Positions 24,912 to 28,267 of a stretch of 28,267 nt of DNA are shown one piece after another. Where the stretch lies: positions 1 to 28,267 of IMG/VR virus record IMGVR_UViG_3300020045_005633, one strand, 5' to 3'. The DNA comes from a virus (lineage: Duplodnaviria; Caudoviricetes). Numbering within the stretch: position 1 is the stretch's first letter; the number at the start of each line of letters is the position of its first letter. A model generated the notes under the pieces. It did not search any database. It was not told the DNA's origin and was given only the letters and a program-made list of their open reading frames with translations. The position numbers and the translations under genes were made by a program.

Positions 24912-26998
24912 TATTTTTGCGTGTAATTAAAAATTGAAGTCGTATAAGCTAGTTCTAGTTCATCACCGCCTAATGAACTTAAGTAATCTACTACAAACTC
25001 AGTAGTTGCGATTTTTGTTGAGTCATCACTTACCGCTGGTGTGGGTGCAGTAGGGATTCCCGTCAGAGCGGGGCTTGCCAATGGTGCGCCAGCTATATCA
25101 CTTAAAAAATCCGATGCGCTTCTTGCCGTGACCGTATTGTCGGCATTGATACGAATAAATCTTACCGCGCCTGGATTGGCTAAATTTGCTATCGCTATCC
25201 CTACCGTAGTGGGTAAGATAGTAGAGTTTTTAATTAGCTTTCCGGTAGTGCCATCGTAAAGAACAACGGCTCCATCCGTTGCACTTGCTGGGCCTACTAC
25301 ATCGCCTGTTACACCACCTCCACCGCCTAAGCCTATTACCTGGATATTGGTCCCGTCATAATGAAAGATATAAACCCCGTTAGTTTTCAGGTCGCCAGCC
25401 GCCAACGCAGTCGTAACATCTTTCTTTAATGGGATCGTGTTAAATGTACTTGCACCTGTGTTGTTGTTCGGAATCTTAACTCTGAAAACATGGCCTGTCG
25501 CTATCGTTGTCGGCATTGTGCCCGTGTAGGTATCAGTTCCGCTTGCTGTAATTAATGGAAGTGCCTTAATGTTGATCGTTTTTCCTGAAGCGGTTACGAC
25601 CGTTCCCTCTAAGCCTAAAATATTAAATGTATCGTTTGCCTGATCTGAAACCGCGCTACCTGAATCAGTTGTAATAGTGGTAACGGCATTTTGCAAAGGT
25701 GAAGAACTAGCAATACCCCCTTGTAAAATAATGTTATCCATATCGAAGCCTGTTGCATTGGTTCCCTTCAATGCAATGTTCAACCGGTCAAAGTTAGCAC
25801 TCGAAAAAGTGAACGCTGAAAGAGGGATAACGATTAACTGATAACCTGCTATATCGGTTCTGTCAAAATCATAAATGCTGTTCGTAATTGTTACTGAAGT
25901 AGAAACAACCGTAGCCCCGTTACGGAATGATAAAATAAATCCAGCTGTCGTTGAAAATGTGGCTCGTAATTTTACGTAAAATTTTATTTGACTATAATCG
26001 GTAATATCATTAGTGACCGAGTCAACAAACCGTAAATACTGACCATTGGTAAACGCCCCGCATCTGATATGTTTTGTTCCCGCAAAAGGGTTTGTCGTGG
26101 CGTTAAAATCTACCGTTCCATTATCAGACGAAGCTGTCCACTCTACATTCTCGCGGTAGATATATTCGTCCGTTATCCCTGCGGGTGTAGTGGCCCCCGC
26201 GTTAATTAATACCGTGGTAATTGAAAGCTGTGTTAAATTGTCAACCGTTGGGGTGACGGGGTCCGCTGCTGCTGTCCCCTGAATTACTATTTCCCCAGTG
26301 GCATCCACCGCGATAACGTCAATACGTGGGTTAGTTGGGTCCGCTGCCGCCAAAGTTACCTGACCACTGCCGGCATCATACCGAACGCCAACAATGTAAT
26401 AAGCGGGCCAAATTACATCGAATACTAAACCCGTGCCGGTCCATGTAGCAAGCGCCTGTCCGACAAAGCCGGTCTGAGAATAAACTACGTCCTCAAGATC
26501 ATCGACTCTTACCTCAAGGGCATCTAATTCAACCTGAGAGGCTTTCGCATCTAATGCGGCCTGTAAGTCTGTCTGGTTCGACAAAGTCCCTGTAATGCTG
26601 CCCCAAGTGCTAGAACCGCCCCCGGTGCTGCTAATTGTTACAGTGAGTTTAGAACCAACTCTGACAGCGGAAACAGGAGTGCCTACAAAATCAATGATCG
26701 TAATGGTCCCCGCTGTTCCTAGATTGCCGCCCTCATCCTGAAACTGGATAGCTGACTGACCTAAATTATTTCCGGTAGTGACTTCTACCGTTTCAACATT
26801 GTAAGAAGTTACATAGACATTTTCAACTGTCGTTACCTCTGTTACTTGTACGTTTTCAACTGTGGTTTCATCCGTAACTACTACATCACTTTCAATAGTC
26901 GTTACATAGATGTCACTACTAACAACCTGATCCGTGACCGTTACGGTTTCATTCTTTGTTATGACATAAATAGCGTTATCAGTTGAATCAACATTCAT
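24911..26998 (-). CDS. Modular tail fibre/spike-like protein
   Basis: Thr/Gly/Val-rich. Contains common fibre modules WGSITGTLSNQTDLQAALDAK, GDVVGPASATDGAVVLYDGTTGKLIK and APLASPALTGIPTAPT...KIATTEFV. Confidence 0.75.
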   Translation of the reverse strand: MNVDSTDNAIYVITKNETVTVTDQVVSSDIYVTTIESDVVVTDETTVENVQVTEVTTVENVYVTSYNVETVEVTTGNNLGQSAIQFQDEGGNLGTAGTITIIDFVGTPVSAVRVGSKLTVTISSTGGGSSTWGSITGTLSNQTDLQAALDAKASQVELDALEVRVDDLEDVVYSQTGFVGQALATWTGTGLVFDVIWPAYYIVGVRYDAGSGQVTLAAADPTNPRIDVIAVDATGEIVIQGTAAADPVTPTVDNLTQLSITTVLINAGATTPAGITDEYIYRENVEWTASSDNGTVDFNATTNPFAGTKHIRCGAFTNGQYLRFVDSVTNDITDYSQIKFYVKLRATFSTTAGFILSFRNGATVVSTSVTITNSIYDFDRTDIAGYQLIVIPLSAFTFSSANFDRLNIALKGTNATGFDMDNIILQGGIASSSPLQNAVTTITTDSGSAVSDQANDTFNILGLEGTVVTASGKTINIKALPLITASGTDTYTGTMPTTIATGHVFRVKIPNNNTGASTFNTIPLKKDVTTALAAGDLKTNGVYIFHYDGTNIQVIGLGGGGGVTGDVVGPASATDGAVVLYDGTTGKLIKNSTILPTTVGIAIANLANPGAVRFIRINADNTVTARSASDFLSDIAGAPLASPALTGIPTAPTPAVSDDSTKIATTEFVVDYLSSLGGDELELAYTTSIFNYTQK

Positions 26999-27363
26999 TG
27001 AGGGGAATCATAAACTAAATAGCATAACCCTGAAACCTTCGCCTTATCCAAATCGGTACGCCTCAACTCAAAATAATATTCACCCTCCTCTATGGCGGTC
27101 TGCGTGGCGCTCGCTGTCACCCTGATTTGGTTATCGACATAGGTGATAAATTCAATGCCGTTACCCAAAGTGAGGTTAAACATCTTCACGCGGTCGCCTT
27201 TAAATTTCTTTAAGAAAAAAGAAAAGGTTGCGCCCGTTAGATCGTCATCGGTATACACTTCTGTCGTGGAATTATAGCTTCTGAAAATGAAGTCTTTAAT
27301 CCAAACCGACCCGATTTGCATCTTAATGTTTAGCTGACCCGCGCCCGTTCCTATCGTTTCCAT
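26995..27363 (-). CDS. BppU-N-like baseplate/fibre adaptor
   Basis: DLTGATF...I.V..SATQTAI..G.YYFEL pattern; immediately upstream of the fibre gene. Confidence 0.55.
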   Translation of the reverse strand: METIGTGAGQLNIKMQIGSVWIKDFIFRSYNSTTEVYTDDDLTGATFSFFLKKFKGDRVKMFNLTLGNGIEFITYVDNQIRVTASATQTAIEEGEYYFELRRTDLDKAKVSGLCYLVYDSPQ

Positions 27364-27687
27364 TTAGTTATATTCTAATTCAATGATTGGAAGTGTAGCC
27401 GCTGCTGTATTGCCCGCGTCTGTGTTATCGGTTACCACGCGTACCGCAAGGCCGTGCGATGTTCCAAATAAAAACTTATTCCCTATTAGGTTAAGCGCCC
27501 CGCCACTTGCTGCGACCGCGTACGTTTTCAATGGCGTATCCTGGAAGGTGGCTACATCGGAGTCATAAAATTTAACATAGATCACCGCGCTATGGCGGTT
27601 AATGATGTTCACCTGGCTCACGTTCACGCCCACACTGGAAACCGTTGCTCCTGTATTGGTTGCCGTTGTACTTCTGTAATTGCTCAT
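27364..27687 (-). CDS. Putative small virion structural protein
   Basis: Beta-rich sequence (VIYVKFYD) and operon context. Confidence 0.5.
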   Translation of the reverse strand: MSNYRSTTATNTGATVSSVGVNVSQVNIINRHSAVIYVKFYDSDVATFQDTPLKTYAVAASGGALNLIGNKFLFGTSHGLAVRVVTDNTDAGNTAAATLPIIELEYN

Positions 27688-27688
27688 A

Positions 27689-28240
27689 TTATTCGTTGCC
27701 GATTATGGCTTTATTGATTGAAAATATTTTGTCTTCGTGGCTGTTTCTTTCTATCCCTGAGATGCCCCACCCGAACGCGCCCTTTTTGCATCCATCCCAA
27801 AGCGGGAAGGCTGTGGAATCTTTCGACTGTTCGTTGTCTAGGTAGTTAATGATCCGGTTTTTATAACGGGCCACCATCTGCAGGACGTTTTTTTCTTTCG
27901 CCTCCAATGCAATGTCAGCTAGTAAAGTGCTGTTCTCATCCGTAAAAGCCCGCTCGCCCGTTGGCGTTGACTCAGACTGACTGAAACCTAAGAGCCGGTG
28001 ATAAGTGGACCACGCAAGAAAGTCTTTCAAGTAGTCCTCGTATAGTGTAGCATTGGCAGTGGTGAGGGTGTCATTCTGTGGGCTGTATTGCGTCTCAATC
28101 TGAGCGTAAAATTCAGCTCCTAGAATATCTTCAAGGTCCTCCTGTGCTAACTTCAGGACCATTTTAAATTTCTTTTCATCGATGTTCTGTGATAAGTAAC
28201 AAGCCTCATTAAGATACGATAACGGGATTAGTAATTTCAT
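27689..28240 (-). CDS. Putative head-tail adaptor
   Basis: AQEDLEDILGAEFY...YLKDFLAW helical pattern resembles head completion proteins I recall from Bacteroidota phages. An upstream ORF (…WLNPNPVEL) ends overlapping its start. Confidence 0.5.
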   Translation of the reverse strand: MKLLIPLSYLNEACYLSQNIDEKKFKMVLKLAQEDLEDILGAEFYAQIETQYSPQNDTLTTANATLYEDYLKDFLAWSTYHRLLGFSQSESTPTGERAFTDENSTLLADIALEAKEKNVLQMVARYKNRIINYLDNEQSKDSTAFPLWDGCKKGAFGWGISGIERNSHEDKIFSINKAIIGNE

Positions 28241-28267
28241 AACTCCACGGGGTTAGGGTTTAACCAT

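Noticed and set aside
1-28267. Diversity-generating retroelement, integrase/att site or tRNA genes
   Set aside because: No reverse transcriptase, recombinase, TR/VR repeat pair or cloverleaf seen by eye. tRNAscan-SE and a self dot-plot would be needed to exclude them fully.

Overview
Most of the genome of a tailed dsDNA phage, probably long-tailed, whose host is probably in Bacteroidota. The host inference rests on several TTTG-N18-20-TAnnTTTG promoters and A-rich gene starts without Shine-Dalgarno sites. The minus strand from 10.8 kb to 1 carries a small RHH-like regulator, an HNH protein, TerS, TerL, a putative tail assembly chaperone, neck/tail genes, an HNH-AP2 homing endonuclease, a tape-measure-like protein and the start of a ClpP-like prohead protease. 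The plus strand from 11.1 to 22.3 kb is the early module: small ORFs, a Sak/Rad52-like annealase, a YqaJ exonuclease, a C5 methyltransferase, an SF2 helicase/amino-methyltransferase fusion, a T5orf172 protein, a replication initiator and a DnaB-like helicase. The minus strand from 28.2 to 22.3 kb carries a head-tail adaptor, fibre/baseplate genes, an amidase endolysin and a holin. Portal, capsid and tail tube genes presumably lie outside the window. I saw no integrase, tRNA or CRISPR array. The main signals are three. (1) Two 5' leaders (17026-17114 and 19400-19485) have almost no sequence identity but the same architecture: a small hairpin, an AAAACAUUUU linker, and a terminator-like hairpin with a GGA/GAA internal loop whose apical loop is perfectly complementary to the small hairpin's loop (kissing loop). 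(2) A -1 frameshift cassette (A_AAU_UUU plus a roughly 108-nt rod hairpin) sits in the gene after TerL. (3) A plus-strand terminator lies beyond the holin gene, implying antisense coverage of the holin. All RNA structures were paired by eye and no database searches were run.
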